Source: Antedon mediterranea | Lineage: Eukaryota; Animalia; Echinodermata | Assembly: GCF_964355755.1 (NCBI RefSeq) | Contig: NC_092672.1 | Coordinates: forward strand, 2,852,001 to 2,916,000 | DNA: 64,000 nucleotides | Direction: 5' to 3' | In this document: in pieces, positions 25,781-46,444 of the stretch | Position numbering within the stretch: the stretch's first letter is position 1 | Layout of the letters: each line of letters opens with the position of its first letter | Translations under genes and position numbers: made by a program | The notes under the pieces: model-generated | Database searches by the model: none | What the model was told of the DNA's origin: nothing | What the model saw: the letters and a program-made list of their open reading frames with translations, nothing else

Positions 25781-26460
25781 TAGTTGGGGAGCCAGGGTTC
25801 TTTTGTTAGACCCAGAAACGTGATTTATATCAAGTTTAGACACAGTGCCGGTTTTAAGTGGATCCGCTCTATAGGCTACATAGTTAAAATCAAAATTAAA
25901 GGTTTATTGACAGTTTTATGATTTCTATTACATTAGAACAAATATAAACATATACTTTGCGAGTAATTTGAGACCACAATTGTCACTTTCTGACCAGTGG
26001 TTGCTGAGATACATAATATGTATCTCAGCAATCACTGGTCAGAAAGTGACATATTATTATGTCCAATTTCTTGACCAGTGGTCAGAAAAGGGGTTTACGT
26101 TCACTTTTCGCAAAAGTTGCCCATTATAGTGAATAGAAATATGAGAGTTGTTTGGCCAAAAAAATATTCCAATACACCCAGTAGTTACAAAGTTACAAAA
26201 GGTCTTAACTTTGACCATATTGACATTTTGGCCCCTGTTTTGACTAAGCATCCCAATTTGTTTCGGCCAACAGCAAAAAAATTGATTTGTATTGATATAA
26301 GGAAGCAATAAAACATTGTTGGTATAGTTTGCTAGAGGGTGCAGGTGAATCCTTTCTGGCTCCCCAACTATGTAGCCTATAGAGCGGATCCACTTACCGG
26401 GTACTAAACTTGTCGATATAAAGAATCACGTTTCTTATATGGGTCTACAAAAGAACCTGG
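25781..26460. mobile_element. Element bounded by ~105-bp inverted repeats, with an internal 71-bp hairpin
   Basis: 25793-25885 is the approximate reverse complement of 26366-26460. TAGTTGGGGAGCCAG (25781) pairs with CTGGCTCCCCAACTA (26356). Confidence 0.7.
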
Positions 26461-28249
26461 ATTTTAGACGCCGACTATTAAACTCGTTTTTGGTTTTTAT
26501 GACAGATTTATTTCCGGAGATCCAATGCGTTTACAGTATAGTAAGATCCAAATACTATTAAGGCCTTGGAATAAACAGCATCGTAAAACTTAATGAAGTA
26601 ATACAATTATTCGCTGGTAGGGCCTACTACTTTAAATTAGCTATAGGCCTACATTAATAATCAATTATTCAATATGATTTTTTTTTTAAAGTCGTTTTTA
26701 TTTTTGTAAAGTCATGATGAAAAAATACTGTGAGAGAGAAACGTGTTATGTATAATCAAAGCCAGTAGAATGTTTTTTTGTTTATTAGATTATTCGTAGT
26801 GACGTTAGTTGGGCCTAAATATTATTGTTTTGATTTTGAGAAAAACGGATTCGGACGCCTCTAAAAATCACCACAATTTAGTGCATGTAAACAAACATAT
26901 AAATATGCATTTATAATAGCTTTTATCTGCTGCCAATCGGGCACTAAATGTTAGTATACCGTATGTAATTGTTTTTGTTTTTAATTTATCTGGTTGTTTT
27001 TGTATATCTCGGAGCAAACATAATTTCTATGTATATTTTATATCATCATCATTTACGCTATTCGTCTTGCGTAGACATTGCGTACGCTAATCGTCTTGCG
27101 TAGACATTGCGTACGCTAATCGTTTCCATTACTCTCTTTCGGTGGTCTGATGGTCTGTCATTAATTTTGCGATCGATGTATTTGCTTTTTTTATTCTTTA
27201 TATTTTATATGCAAATGACAATAAATGAAAGTAATTTTCAACTGATGAATGAATGAATGAATACGAAAAACATGAATAAACGCACAAAATACAATCAAAT
27301 GTTTTCATTTATTCGTTTAAAATAACTATACTTTATAGTACAGTATTTAATTTAACAATTACAAAATAATTATATAAATAGTGGTGTAGGGTTAAACACA
27401 CAATATAAACAAATTGTTGAACCTAATATTTAGGCTATAGTCGTTTTGTAAGAATTTGATACAATCTTACTACTTAGTAATACATTTAATTGCAAGCGGT
27501 TAACGTTTGTAATATTGTATTACCTGCGTTCAATAAATAACTTACTTAATATAAATATAATAAATTACTGAATGCTCATTATTTACAATAAGAAATTCTA
27601 AACCAGTATTTCCAAACTGAAATATAAACTTTTGAGGCGATAAGAGTGATAAATCAAAGTAGAAGTGAGAATATTTTGGATAGTTTTTGTAAAAGCTACA
27701 TAAAAAGAGCATGGACAAGTAAATTGAAAATGAGTGGGAGGAGGACTGTGGGGAGGGGGATGTGGGGAGGAGGGCTGTGGGGAGGCGGGATGTTTTATCA
27801 GTTGATTTTATTTAACACACTAGTACTATATTTTGTTTTGTATTCATTTGTGTAAAGTAATGATCTACTGTATTTATCGATTAAAATTGGTCGGGGTGGT
27901 GCGGAGGGGTTGGGATAGGATAGGGGTTGATAGTTGTTTTTGCCTGCCTTTTACTTTTCTGTATTTAAATTAATTAATTGTTATATTTTATATTGTGAAG
28001 GATGCACCTTGGTGCTAAGTGTGCCACCGATCTAAAGGTGTAATTCCAAATAAATAAATAAATAAAGAGGGCGCAATGAAAACTTTTAAGGCGACGACAG
28101 CAAAGATCTTTGATGACGATACAGCAGCGATAATTATAGAGGGCGCAATGTTAGAAAAATGTTATACTCTACTACTTAACGAGTTTAACTTTTGTATTGT
28201 TTGTTTTCAATTGACTGGTTTTATAAAAAGTAAGAGTACAGTGGAATTT

Positions 28250-31200
28250 TTACAAACAAATCCACCCTCTTTTTATTGGTCTGGGATATTCCTCTGCAAC
28301 CTTTCCAAGGATTTTATCAAACTTATAAAATTTGTCCTTTTTAAAGAAATATGTGTGGTCATTTCGCCAAGTTAGCGCGCCGTTAGTTCCTTTTGGCACC
28401 CCAGGGAACGTGTGTTGAAGTTTGGTACTAGTATGTTTAAAAGTTTTTTGTTGTTCTTCATCAAATATGTACACTTTTTTCTTCTTTATTATGTAGATGT
28501 GGCCGTCTTGTTCGAATGCACTATCTACGTTATCTGGCAATCCAGTTTCGATTATCAGTTTTGGGTAATCTTTGTCCATTTCAAAGTTGCTGTTGAATCT
28601 CCAAAATTGGTTATCTGTTAAACATAAATAATATTTATACATTATAAAAATAAATTATAAATAATAATAAACTATATTTAGTCAATTTGAACATTTGTTT
28701 GTTATCATTAAATCATGTTTTTCCCGCCAGTTTTCTTCTTTCACCTCTCCAGACTAATATGTTAAAGTTACGGATCATCATCTGTTGTTGGCTATCTTTT
28801 TATTAATATTTCGTCGTGAGGTGGTTTTCGATTAATCGTACGATCAAAACGGTAAATATATTGGCACACATGGCGTTTCATATGTATAAACAACGCAAGA
28901 CAATGAACATTTTTTATATATTATTATTATCGCCATGCTCCTCTTTGTATTACGTCATTGTTTATTGTGTTTCGCTACATTAAAATAAAGGGCCCGGTTA
29001 TCCACTCTGATCTAATACATCACTGTGCATTATCCATTTATTTTTTAATTTAAAAAACACATACTGTACCTTTAAAAACGTAAATTTTTTTGGTATTTGA
29101 AGAAAAGACAATGGCATCCATACCAGTCATCTCTTTTGCTTCTTCAACGTCCGGAAAAAGTTCGAAAAGAAGTTTGGGATAGCCTTGCTTGATTCCTGAT
29201 GACACGATTTCCCAGTAGTAGATCCCTGAGAAGAAGTATGTTCTCTCTTGCGGCCCTAAAGGAAAATTAAATAACAACATTAGTTCATTAGTTCATAGTT
29301 CACATACAATTGCTTAAAATTAGTTAAAGTTTAGCAATATACAGAAAAAGAAAAAAGCATTTGAAAAATACAACAGTTACAATATTACTCTGATAACAAT
29401 GAATTAACTTAATTGATTAAAAAGTCTGAATGTGGAACAAAAGAATTAAGGTAATTAATTATTTATGTGTTGGAGAGACACACCTTACCAGTGACAGCGT
29501 TTGTTTAATGCTTATTGTCTTTCCTCGGCCTCGTGTCTTGTTTTTCATATATATATATATATATATATATATTTTTATGTTTTTTTTGTAATTATTATTT
29601 TATGTTTATTGCCGAAATGAATAAAATAAAATAAATAAATAAAATAAAAAAGGAAGCGTTTTGTTCTACACCTCAAGCAGTCCTCAATCGCCTTCCAGAT
29701 CTTAACCATTGATAATTACTATATGGAGTGATTGGGCCTTGTCTTTCATTATGCTACTAACTTTATCATAAACTTTAACTTCAGGGCTGACCAATATTAT
29801 TTGCAATTGTGTTTGGTTCTCACCGCAATAATAGAGTACTAGATGCAACAATAGAAGGGAGTATTTATGTTTCGAATGTCTGTCTATATTTGAATTTCTG
29901 AGTCTATTTAGAAAATAAATTAATCAACTTACCTTGGAGTACTGCATCAAATTTTATTTTGCTTGTATTACATAAATCCAAACGCATTTCGTTCTGTGAA
30001 TTTCCTAGAAATAAATAAACACACGTTATTTTTTTTTTGGTTAACATTTTTTTTTCTGCTTGGATTCGTTGTTATGTGATTGGATGAAAGTTGTTCCGTT
30101 AATTGTCATTATTTAATTTGTGATTAGAATTGCTACTAACCCTAGAAAATTACCAATGATCTCTCATGTCTATACTTTAAAAAACTAATGGTTATATAAA
30201 CGGTTGAAAAACTACTACAGTACTTACTGTATAAGGTTTGAATTGACGTGATGTCATCGGATGGCAGTTCAAAGTTCTTATAATATTTTACTGGCCATGG
30301 TTTCATTATTGATTTGGTTTCATTAGACGTGTGTTCTAGGCCTAGGACATGACCGATCTCGTGAGCTGCAAGAACCATGATGTTGTATTTCGTTCCACTA
30401 GGATCGTGATACTGTTTCGGGCCTAGCCAAGTTTCGGCTTCGTCGAAGTGAACTTGTCCGCGTCTTTCTTCATTTGGAAAGAACGCGTGGGCTAAAACTT
30501 TCCCTATATAAGAAAAAAAATAAATGTTTTCACTTATAAAATTACAAAATAAATAGTTAAATTCAACCAAAAACCCATTGGCTGGCAACCAATTTGACTA
30601 TTTTCTTTCTTTAAATTACAGTTTTTTAGGTAAATACATTTTTCAATCCAATTTTTGGTCAAAGTGGCGAACTATAAAGTGACATTAAAATGGCATATTC
30701 ATCAAAAAGAATTATAATTTCAGGGGACTTCAGGGATACATCCAAAATAACGAAAAAACGAGTATTACATTTAGAACGCAGACAAGATTATTTAGATGAT
30801 ATATTAAGCCAGTTCCAAATGTCTTTCTTTTTGTTTAACCGACTTATTCAAAACAAAACCTTACCTGGTCCATCGAATTCCTTCTGATCTCCGTGGATCT
30901 TGTTTACAAAATCAAATCTAACATCTGAAACAGCGGCATCGTCTACTTGCGTGAATGTCAGTCCACTATTGTCAGACCATAGCTTCACAGCATACTCAAT
31001 ACCATCCTGTATTTCAGATGGTTTTAGATCAGTCGTTCGATTACCAATGTAATATTTCAGATTTCTTTTCTCCCATGCTGATCCTTAAAAAATGACTTAG
31101 AATTAGTTTTTTGTTATCAAGCTCTGTCACAAAAAAAGTGTGATATCCCCAAATATCGTAGTAATATGACATCATCATGTCCATACATTTTTTGTCACAT

Positions 31201-32730
31201 AAAGTTTGATAGTGTAGACAGAGCTTAAAAGCAGATTCACATTTGTTCCGATTATCTTACAAAACGGAACAGATGTGAATGGCGTTTCATACGTATAAAC
31301 AACGCTAGACGATGGTTTGTACAAACATGTAATGTAATAAACACGTTTGTTTAAAACTTTAGTTTAAAAAATAATTAAAAAAAATAACTTGGGGGGAAAA
31401 GTATAACTTCAGTGATGGCCTTTAGACCGCTAATTTCATTATAGGCCTAAACTAAATTCTTGATAATTATTTGATTAATTTTGCATATGCTGCTTTTCAA
31501 TTTAAATTTAAGAAATAAATGTTTTTCTCAATGATATATCGCAAGTTCGTAGGAGAAAAGAAGACACTTCTCTGTCGACAGATGCTTTAGTTTACTTTGG
31601 GGGTAACTCTAAAGCTCTCTCTACATTATCAAACTAGTTTGACATCATGTCCATATATGAGCACATCACGTTTGATAATGTAGACAGAGCTTTAGAATAC
31701 ATAAAGGCTTTTTAAGGCATATTTACCTTGAAAGGCGTTTCGTCTTCTACGTGTTGAATGCGCTTCATTTCCGGATATTTCGTCCGGAATGCCGCATCGT
31801 GGAGCTTGCATCTTAGAAATTGTTGGTTCGTCAAATTTACCAGTCACTTTTAATCCAGCAAATTCTTGAAATTCTCTATAATAAATTGTAAAAAAAAAAA
31901 ATTTTAGCTAACTAAATAATTATATAAAACGTATCTTTCATTCGTAGAGACCTAAGTTTACTAAGTATTTATAATTACAATTATTACTTACTCAATTTTT
32001 AAACTTAATTCAACATCATCATCAATATCGTCTGTCCCTCCACTGTACCAACCAAACTGTTTAAGGTACTCTATATTAGGCTAAAAGAAGAAAGAAGAAA
32101 GCACACGTTTTGTTTTACATATGTGTACTGTATTTAATTATTTTAATTTGTTCTTTCTTTAAACTGAAATACACTTTCAATACAAATGTACTGATTTTAA
32201 AGTGGTTACACAACATATACAAAAAACAAATATTAAAATTTAAAGAAAAACAAATAAAGAAAGTCTGTATTTATTTCTTTTTTTATGTTCCACCAGTCGG
32301 CGTTGCGATTTTTGTCGGGAAAATTTATTGAGAGCTAAAGTATTATACGTATAAAACGCCATATGTGCCAAATTATTTAGCTTTTGCTAATATCAATTCG
32401 AAACACGGTCTGAAACCTAGACTAACATATAAAAACTCATAATTAAATGTTGGTATGTGATAAACAGACCGTAAAATGTTTTTTATAGCATGAAGGATCT
32501 GATACGAACCTGAAGTTCAATTGTTCTTTTAATCGGAATTACGGAACGACATCAGCCTATAATATTATCCAGACTCACTGGAATATTCTGATGATTTGGA
32601 TAATTATCAATAGAAAAGTTTAAACAAATAAAAATGTACTTACATTTTCACCAGTTCCATCGTGTGTTGCTATTGGTAACGCATAACAGCAGTGAAACAT
32701 TAAAAGTATAAACACAAACATTTTTTCCAT
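28250..32730 (-). CDS. Matrix metalloproteinase A (secreted, furin-activatable, hemopexin domain). Exons 32730-32644, 32080-31992, 31875-31727, 31083-30865, 30503-30228, 30004-29933, 29255-29070, 28614-28250
   Basis: Signal peptide, prodomain YLKQFGW, cysteine switch PRCGIPD, RRRR site, [14 protein letters not shown], zinc motif [11 protein letters not shown], Met-turn SIMKP, and four hemopexin blades ending WIC. Confidence 0.95.
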
Positions 32731-34442
32731 AATAACAATTATTCAAAGACTCTAATTCTAGCAGATGTTTTTTTTTATCAAGTCAGTCAATATCTGAAAC
32801 TATGTATTGAAACTTTTTATTTATAGTCTGCAGCACAGTGTGACAAAATGTACCAGGACTATTCTTGGGAATTACATAAGAGGATTTGATTGGTTAATAT
32901 CTGGCGCGGATTTCCTGTTCCTTGGCAACGGGGCTACTGTACTTGTCCTTTTAGCTGCATCACGACCTTTACGTCGTAACAAAATATTATGAAAACGTTT
33001 ATTTAATATTATATAGATATATTCTATATCATAACTATCATCATTATTATTATCATCGTCCTCGTGGTTGCCATCATCTTTCATAATCATATCGTCATAA
33101 TAATCAGTAATATGGTCACTAATAATTTAAAAATAAAGATTCTTCAACTTCATTGCCAGAAAACAACAAAGAAATTAACAGATATGATAAATTAGAAGGT
33201 TGAAAACACATTTATCTGGTCTAGTTTAACCCTCTTTAAATGAAAAAAATATATAATTGAATACAAACTTATTTTCATTATATCCATTAATCAAGTTAGT
33301 TAAGTTGTATTATAAATAATTCTATAGCTCTCAGATAAATAAAATATATATTGTACAATAATAACATAAACATTCATGCATTGATGTTTTTTTAAACTTA
33401 AAAATAACTGTTTCGAATGCCTTAAGGGTCTAGACGTTCGTTGGTGGAGAGGGACGATTCTTAGAAGTCTTGTTATATAATACGCAGAAACAACCAACAA
33501 CTCAGAAAATAAGACAAATAGAGCATAACGTTTAACCACTGGAAATCTAATTTTAAATAACACTTCCTTTATTTATGAATTAATCTCCGAAAAAGCAGTC
33601 AAAATCTGACCAAAATGACGATTTCAATTAGTTTTATCGTCATCATTGTTGACGTTTTTCTTCGAAAAATTCTCTGACAATTAGCCTAATAACAAACAGT
33701 ACGTACGTGTTTATATGTATATACAAATATTTATTCAGCCATAGTAACAGTAACAAACATTTATTACAAAAATTCCATCTTGTTTATTTTATTTTAGGCC
33801 TAAAACGATTTATAATAATGTTATTATTCATTATTATTTTCCGTTTTTTATGATTTTCTTCCAGGAAGAATAAAGTAACAAGATAAAGGTTGCCAGAATA
33901 CAACTTGTTTCCCATAATCCATCACTCCTATGTACGTTTTCGTAGTTACAGTTCAAATGAGTTCATATACTCTTCTTAAGTAAGCTTTGTCTAACAAGTT
34001 TGACAAAAAAAAGTGTCATGTGCTTTAATATGGTAGTGATATGACATCATCATGTCCATATATGGACACATCACATGTTTTCGTCACATAAACTTTGATA
34101 GTGTAGACAGAGTATCACAAGAAAATGGTATTCCGAATGAAGTATAGCTTGTTTCTCCATCACATTTTTAAGTAATTTTTATAAGTTATTAAAGCTCAAA
34201 TGACGTCATAGTCTTTAGCCTAATTGATCAAATCGCGTCGTGGTAAGCACTCCAAACATTTCAATTCTTTGCATTACTATAATATATATAAGATATAGAA
34301 TAAATTTAAGTAGTATAAATACGTTTTTAAAGCATAGGCTACTTTTATTGCATTCAGGATACAGTATATATAAGTGATTTTAACTACTTTATTGAATTGT
34401 CCTGTGTCTATATTTTTACATATATGTATAATATAGTATATA

Positions 34443-34605
34443 TTGTGACTTATATAAATGTTATCCTTTGTTACAATTCTCTTCATCTGATGATGGGCTA
34501 TGCCCGAAACATGTCGTACAAATAAACTTATATTGAGGCCGCTTTAACTTATTTGATCTTGATTCTTTTCTATGTCCTGCCTATGCAACTCTTTGATTTA
34601 TATAT
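34443..34605 (+). mobile_element. Penelope-like terminal repeat remnant with minimal hammerhead core (copy 2)
   Basis: CTGATGATGGGCTATGCCCGAAACATGTC at 34487-34515, identical to the core of copy 1. Confidence 0.7.
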
Positions 34606-36147
34606 AGTATGTATTTGTATAATGTACCATTGTATGGCAAAACAAAAAGAATAAATGCAGGTGAACCCAGCAAAAATATCTTTTGCATTATACTATTGCC
34701 TCTATTGGATTAACTAAGAATTAAAGCGGAACCCATGACATCCGTTATCATTGCCTAATTGTACACCGACATAAGCCTAATATCCTACTATAAAGTACAA
34801 CTTAGAGTCACGTAGGATACAAATCATGGTTTTTATGTCGGAAGAACCTTGCCAAAATACCAATAACACTTTTCTAAATCCTGTTATAAGAACATTTAAA
34901 TGTAGAAACAGATGAGGAATGTGGATTTTCCTTGCCACAAAACACATGCCGCAAAAACAAATGACGTAATGGTTGTGTACATATTTTCCAAAGATTTTAG
35001 TATAAAATATTAAGGTACATGTGCACTTACTGTAATAATAAAATGAACGCGTCTACTACCACGAGTAGATTTATGTTTTATTTTTATACTCGATAAATAT
35101 TTAAGCAGTTACTTCATATATTAATAACAATTGAACAAACACAAACACAAATTGAGTTTCTTCTTCCTAGAACTTTTTGTGATTGCTTTCTTTGTATCAG
35201 TTTGCTTTGTCATCATCGACGTCTCAAATTAAACCCGCATGTCTACAACAACCATAATAGTGAACTAATAAGTGTAAACACGTGAGTCGTTTCCCTTCAA
35301 CAGGTAAAAGAGAAAACAGTAATTACGATGAACATCAAGGCCTCCTCTGTTTGGTCAAAATGACTCACTAAGATCCGGGGACCCCGTTGAATAATGTTAT
35401 TGTTTATTAGTTGATTTTAGCAAAGGAATGTTTAATAATAATGCGTCATAAACACAACAAGAATGTCATGGTTATAAACTATATTTACAATGAGGTGTAA
35501 AACTATGCACAGTAAAGAAATATGTATTTACTCTGCGTAAACATTGTGGGGATAATACAGTACTGTATCTGTTTTCAAATTAGACGGAGGACCAGGTGCG
35601 TCGCAAGTCCATATTTGAGAAAATTCCATGTACAGGAACATTTTTGAAAAATGGCCAACTTCGATCTTTCCTTTATATATATTGATTACCATGACTCTAT
35701 AAGAGTGGTAAAACAATATAGGCACATTACCAATTTTATTATCGCATTTTAATTTAATTTAAAAGTTTAATTTTTTTTTTTAAATTTCGAAAAATATATT
35801 CTTCTTATTTTCTTGTCTTGTTGGCAATGGCATTATGTGCGTCTGCGCATGCTAATTTATGTTATATATATGTCAAAAAATAAAAAGGTCAACATTTTGC
35901 CAGGGTTTTTGGTCTTTTAAAAACAGGCCTATATATTGAGGTAACATGCATTATGTGCGTCTACGCTTGCCAATTTATGAATGGTCAAAATATCAGGTTT
36001 TTAAAAATTAAATTATTATGCGATAATATTGCTGTATATGACCATATATTGCATAATCATCATCTTATAGTGCCATAGAAACCAATTTTGTCACAAAATA
36101 AAAGGTACGAAATAATATTGCCATTTAAAAAAAATCCCTGTACTATA

Positions 36148-37680
36148 CTGCCCGTCATGAAAGAACGACTCAACTGCATAAAGCAAAGTTTTGAGATAAT
36201 CAACAAAACGTGTTCTTGTTTTAGCTCTTCACGTGTGTAGATAATATTATTTTGATTAGCATAATAAACATGCGCAGAGGCGAATAATGGGTTCTGCGCA
36301 TGTCAATTTTGCTATAGTAACCAGTTTTATCGAAAAATAAAAAGGTCGAAAATTTGCCATTTTTTGAAAAATGGCCGATTTTCGACGCTTTTATTTTTTG
36401 ACATAAATGGTTACTATTGCATAATAAACATGCACAAAGTCGAATAATGGGTTCTGCGCATGTCAATTGTGCTATCATCCATAACCATATTTGACATAAA
36501 TGGTTACTATTGCATAATAAACATGCGCAGAGACGAATAATGGGTTCTGCGCATATCAATTGTGCTATAGTAACCAGTTTTGATATAAATGGTTACTATT
36601 GCATAATAAACATGTGCAGAGACGAATAATGGGTTCTGCGCATGTCAATTGTGCTATAGTAACCAGTTTTATCGAAAAATAAAAAGGTTGAAAATTTGCC
36701 ATTTTTTGAAAAATCCCTGTACTATAGTACATGGAAATTTTCGAAAAATGGCCGATTTTCGACCCTTTTATTTTTTGACATAAATGGTTACTATTGCATA
36801 ATAAACATGCGCAGAGTGGACTAATGCGTTCTGCGCATATTAATTGTGCTATAGTAACCAGTTTTATCGAAAAATAAAAAGGTCGAAAATTTGCCATTTT
36901 TTGAAAAATCCCTGTACAATAGTACAGGGAAATTTTCGAAAAATGGTCGATTTTCGATCCTTTTATTTTTTGAAATAAATGGTTACTATTGCATAATAAA
37001 CATGCGCAGAGACGAATAATGGGTTCTGCGCATGTCAATTGTGCTATAGTAACCAGTTTTGACATAAATGGTTACTATTGCATAATAAACATGCGCAGAG
37101 ACGAATAATGGGTTCTGCACATGTCAATTGTGCTATAGTAACCAGTTTTATCGAAAAATAAAAAGGTCAAAAATTTGCCATTTTTTGAAAAATCCCTGTA
37201 CAATAGTACAGGGAAATTTTTGAAAAATGGTCGATTTTCGACCCTTTTATTTTTTGAAATAAATGGTTACTATTGCATAATAAACATGCGCAGAGTCGAA
37301 TAATGGGTTCTGGGCATGTCAGTTGTGCTATCATAACCATTTTTGAAAAAATCCCTGTACTATAGTGCAGGGAAATTTTCGATTTTCGACCCTTTTATTT
37401 TTTGACGTAAATAGTTACTATTGCATAATAAAGATGCGCAGAGTCGAATAATGGGTTCTGCGCATGTCATTTGTGCTATAGTAACCATTTATGTCAAATA
37501 TGGTTTTCGAAAAAAAACTTGAATGGGTTTCCTATGACATAATAGGTGTTAATATGTCAATTGAGTGATTCTGTCATGGCATTTGTAGTAGAGGTGTATC
37601 ATTCCCTAAATAGCCCCAAAAGCTAAACAAAGTGATTTTTTAAAAATGTGTCAGTTGAGTCGTTCTTTCAGACAGAGCAG
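36148..37680. mobile_element. TA-flanked non-autonomous DNA transposon carrying an internal complex tandem array (~80- and ~180-bp units, ~36255-37500)
   Basis: TIRs CTGCCCGTCATGAAAGAACGACTCAACTG and CAGTTGAGTCGTTCTTTCAGACAGAGCAG, with TA on both sides. It sits within a related repetitive tract spanning ~35600-38300. Confidence 0.78.
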
Positions 37681-38773
37681 TATTACTGCTTTTACTTTTT
37701 TTTAATACCTTATTCATTTGTTTTATTATTGATTGAAAGAAAGAAAATAAATGTTTACGTTGAATTGAATTGAATTGAGTATAGTACAGATATTTTTATC
37801 AAAAAATGGTTAAAATATCAATTTTTTTTTAATTCAATTATTATGCGATAATATTGCTATATATTAGCATATATTGCGTTATCATCTTATATTGCCATAG
37901 AAACCAGTTTTGTTAAAAAATAAAAGGTTCGAAATTTGGACATTAAAAAAAAAATCCCGTACTATAGTACAGGGGTTTTTCGAAATTGGCCAACATATAA
38001 AGTTTTTTTAAATTCAATTATTATGCGATAATATTGCTATATATATGATCATATATTGCGTTATCATCATCTTATAGTGCCATAAAAACCAGTTATGTCA
38101 AAAAATTAAATGTTTGAAATTTGAACATTTAAAAAAAATCCCTGTACTATACTTTGTCTAAAAATTGCCAAAATATCGACATTAAAACAACAGGCCTATA
38201 CATTATATTGAAGAAGAATTTTACGGAAAACGGTCAATTTTCGAATATCGAAAAAAAAAATTCCGAAACATTTTTTCGTCACATCGATCAAACGGTAAAC
38301 ACGTCAGTCATATACATAATGGTTTTGAAAATGAAAGCTTGGCATAATGTGACAATAACTAAATATTTACATTTCGATTTAATTATAAAAACAAGCTACT
38401 TACTGGTATAAAATTGGTTCAATTTTAATTCTAACGTGTGTGTGAGCATTTTGAATTAGTATTTTCACTGGTAGACGTATATTCTCTATAGTCTCTGCCT
38501 CATTGGATTGTATAGTACGTTCATTTTCTATTATTTACATCGTTCATAAATTAAAGTGAAAAAGGTCGTTTTATTTTTCTAGCTACGGATTATATGGTTA
38601 GAACATTACGACAAAGAGAAGAGTGACTATTTCGTTCACTATAGAAACATCATTTCAAACAAATATTATTTTAAAAAACATTTCCCAGGAATGTTAGATT
38701 TAATTTATATATGTTTAGTATTAAATTAATATAAATTAAGTGTGGGATAACGTCAAGTAACGACCACGTGTGT

Positions 38774-45102
<6,329 letters not shown>

Positions 45103-45150
45103 CTTGTTCGATCGCAATCTCTAATGCGTGTTTCCTCTAACAAGACTTCG

Positions 45151-45158
45151 TTTATATA
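45151..45158 (-). promoter_or_regulatory. Probable TATA box of MMP B
   Basis: TATATAAA on - about 50 nt upstream of the ATG. A CRE-like TGACGTCA lies at ~45384. Confidence 0.55.
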
Positions 45159-46444
45159 TTGTTGTTTGTCTCAGCTGGTTACTAATTAATACTTGAAACT
45201 GTATACCAAGCCCCGTCAGGCGAACGCTGAGAGAAAAGTCAAACTTGAATCTTGTTATTCGTAAGATAAACCTGTGTACCTTACGAGACCATAAACCGTT
45301 TGCTTGTTCCCTCTTTGTGTTTTGTTTGAACTGCACTTGATTGAGAATTCCATTGGTTTTTTATAGGCTATCAAACTTTGTTGTGACGTCATTACACTTT
45401 CTAAATAAGGAGTGATAAATGTATTGTTTTTCTTTCAACATTTAAAGGCGTCAGTGGTGTGTAATTTATTCATTGTTTATGAGGCAGTTTCCTTTATTTG
45501 ATAGTAGGGAGAAGAATCATTCTTTTATGTCTGAATGACCAGGGTTGATTACTTTCACCATCCGTTTGTCAATAAACTTACCGGATCTTTCGTCTTCGTC
45601 TGTTGCTTTCTTAACGATGTAGACTTCCTCTGCTGGTCATCATGATCATCATCATAACACGGACATTGTATGGAACCCGGTTAGATCACAGACACAACTT
45701 TGCGCTGATTACTATAGCTGCATTATGGGAGTTATGTTTCCATACATGTTTGATCAAGAAACATGACTGGGGTAATAATGTTCAGCGCTTTATAGTTTCA
45801 CATATTAGGCGCTATATAAATCAAGGATATTATTATTATTATCATTAAGTTCATTATTACTGTATTAAGTTTATAAAATGTTATTCTGCAGTTAATGAAT
45901 TTATAAAAAATACTTTTCATTCTTTGAAATTAATATTTGAATATTATTAATATCTCTGTTTCAACCAACCTTACCGTTTATACGTAATTATTTAATTTAC
46001 ATTCAACACGAGGATTTATTGACAGCGCTAACTTAGGGATTTCCATAGTTTGCGACCTGTATTGTTATGGTTAAAATAGTTTTAATTGGTTGTGATGGAT
46101 GTAGGTTATATGTAAATATCAAAAATCGATTAAGCTTGGTTCCCACTAGACACGCAACACAAGGACGTAACGCAACGTAAATGATTTGACCAATCACAAG
46201 CGATGGATTATTTGAACAGTCCCTTTCATTGGTCAACTCGCGTGTGTTGCGCGTACGTCCTTGCGTTGCGTCTCTAGGGGGAATTTACGCTTTACTTGTG
46301 CAGTTATTGTGAATTGAGCTATTATATTTGATGAGATTTTTACAAACATTAGTAGGTAGAGAATAGAATTTAAGGCGGCATAAAAGAATGTACGTTGTGG
46401 AAGAGAATTAATGTAAGGCTTTTTGAGGATGAGTATGGAATAAA

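Noticed and set aside
36221-37065. Cys-rich repetitive ORFs (CAEPIIRLCACLLC)
   Set aside because: They are translations of the tandem array inside a TIR element, broken by stops and frameshifts.
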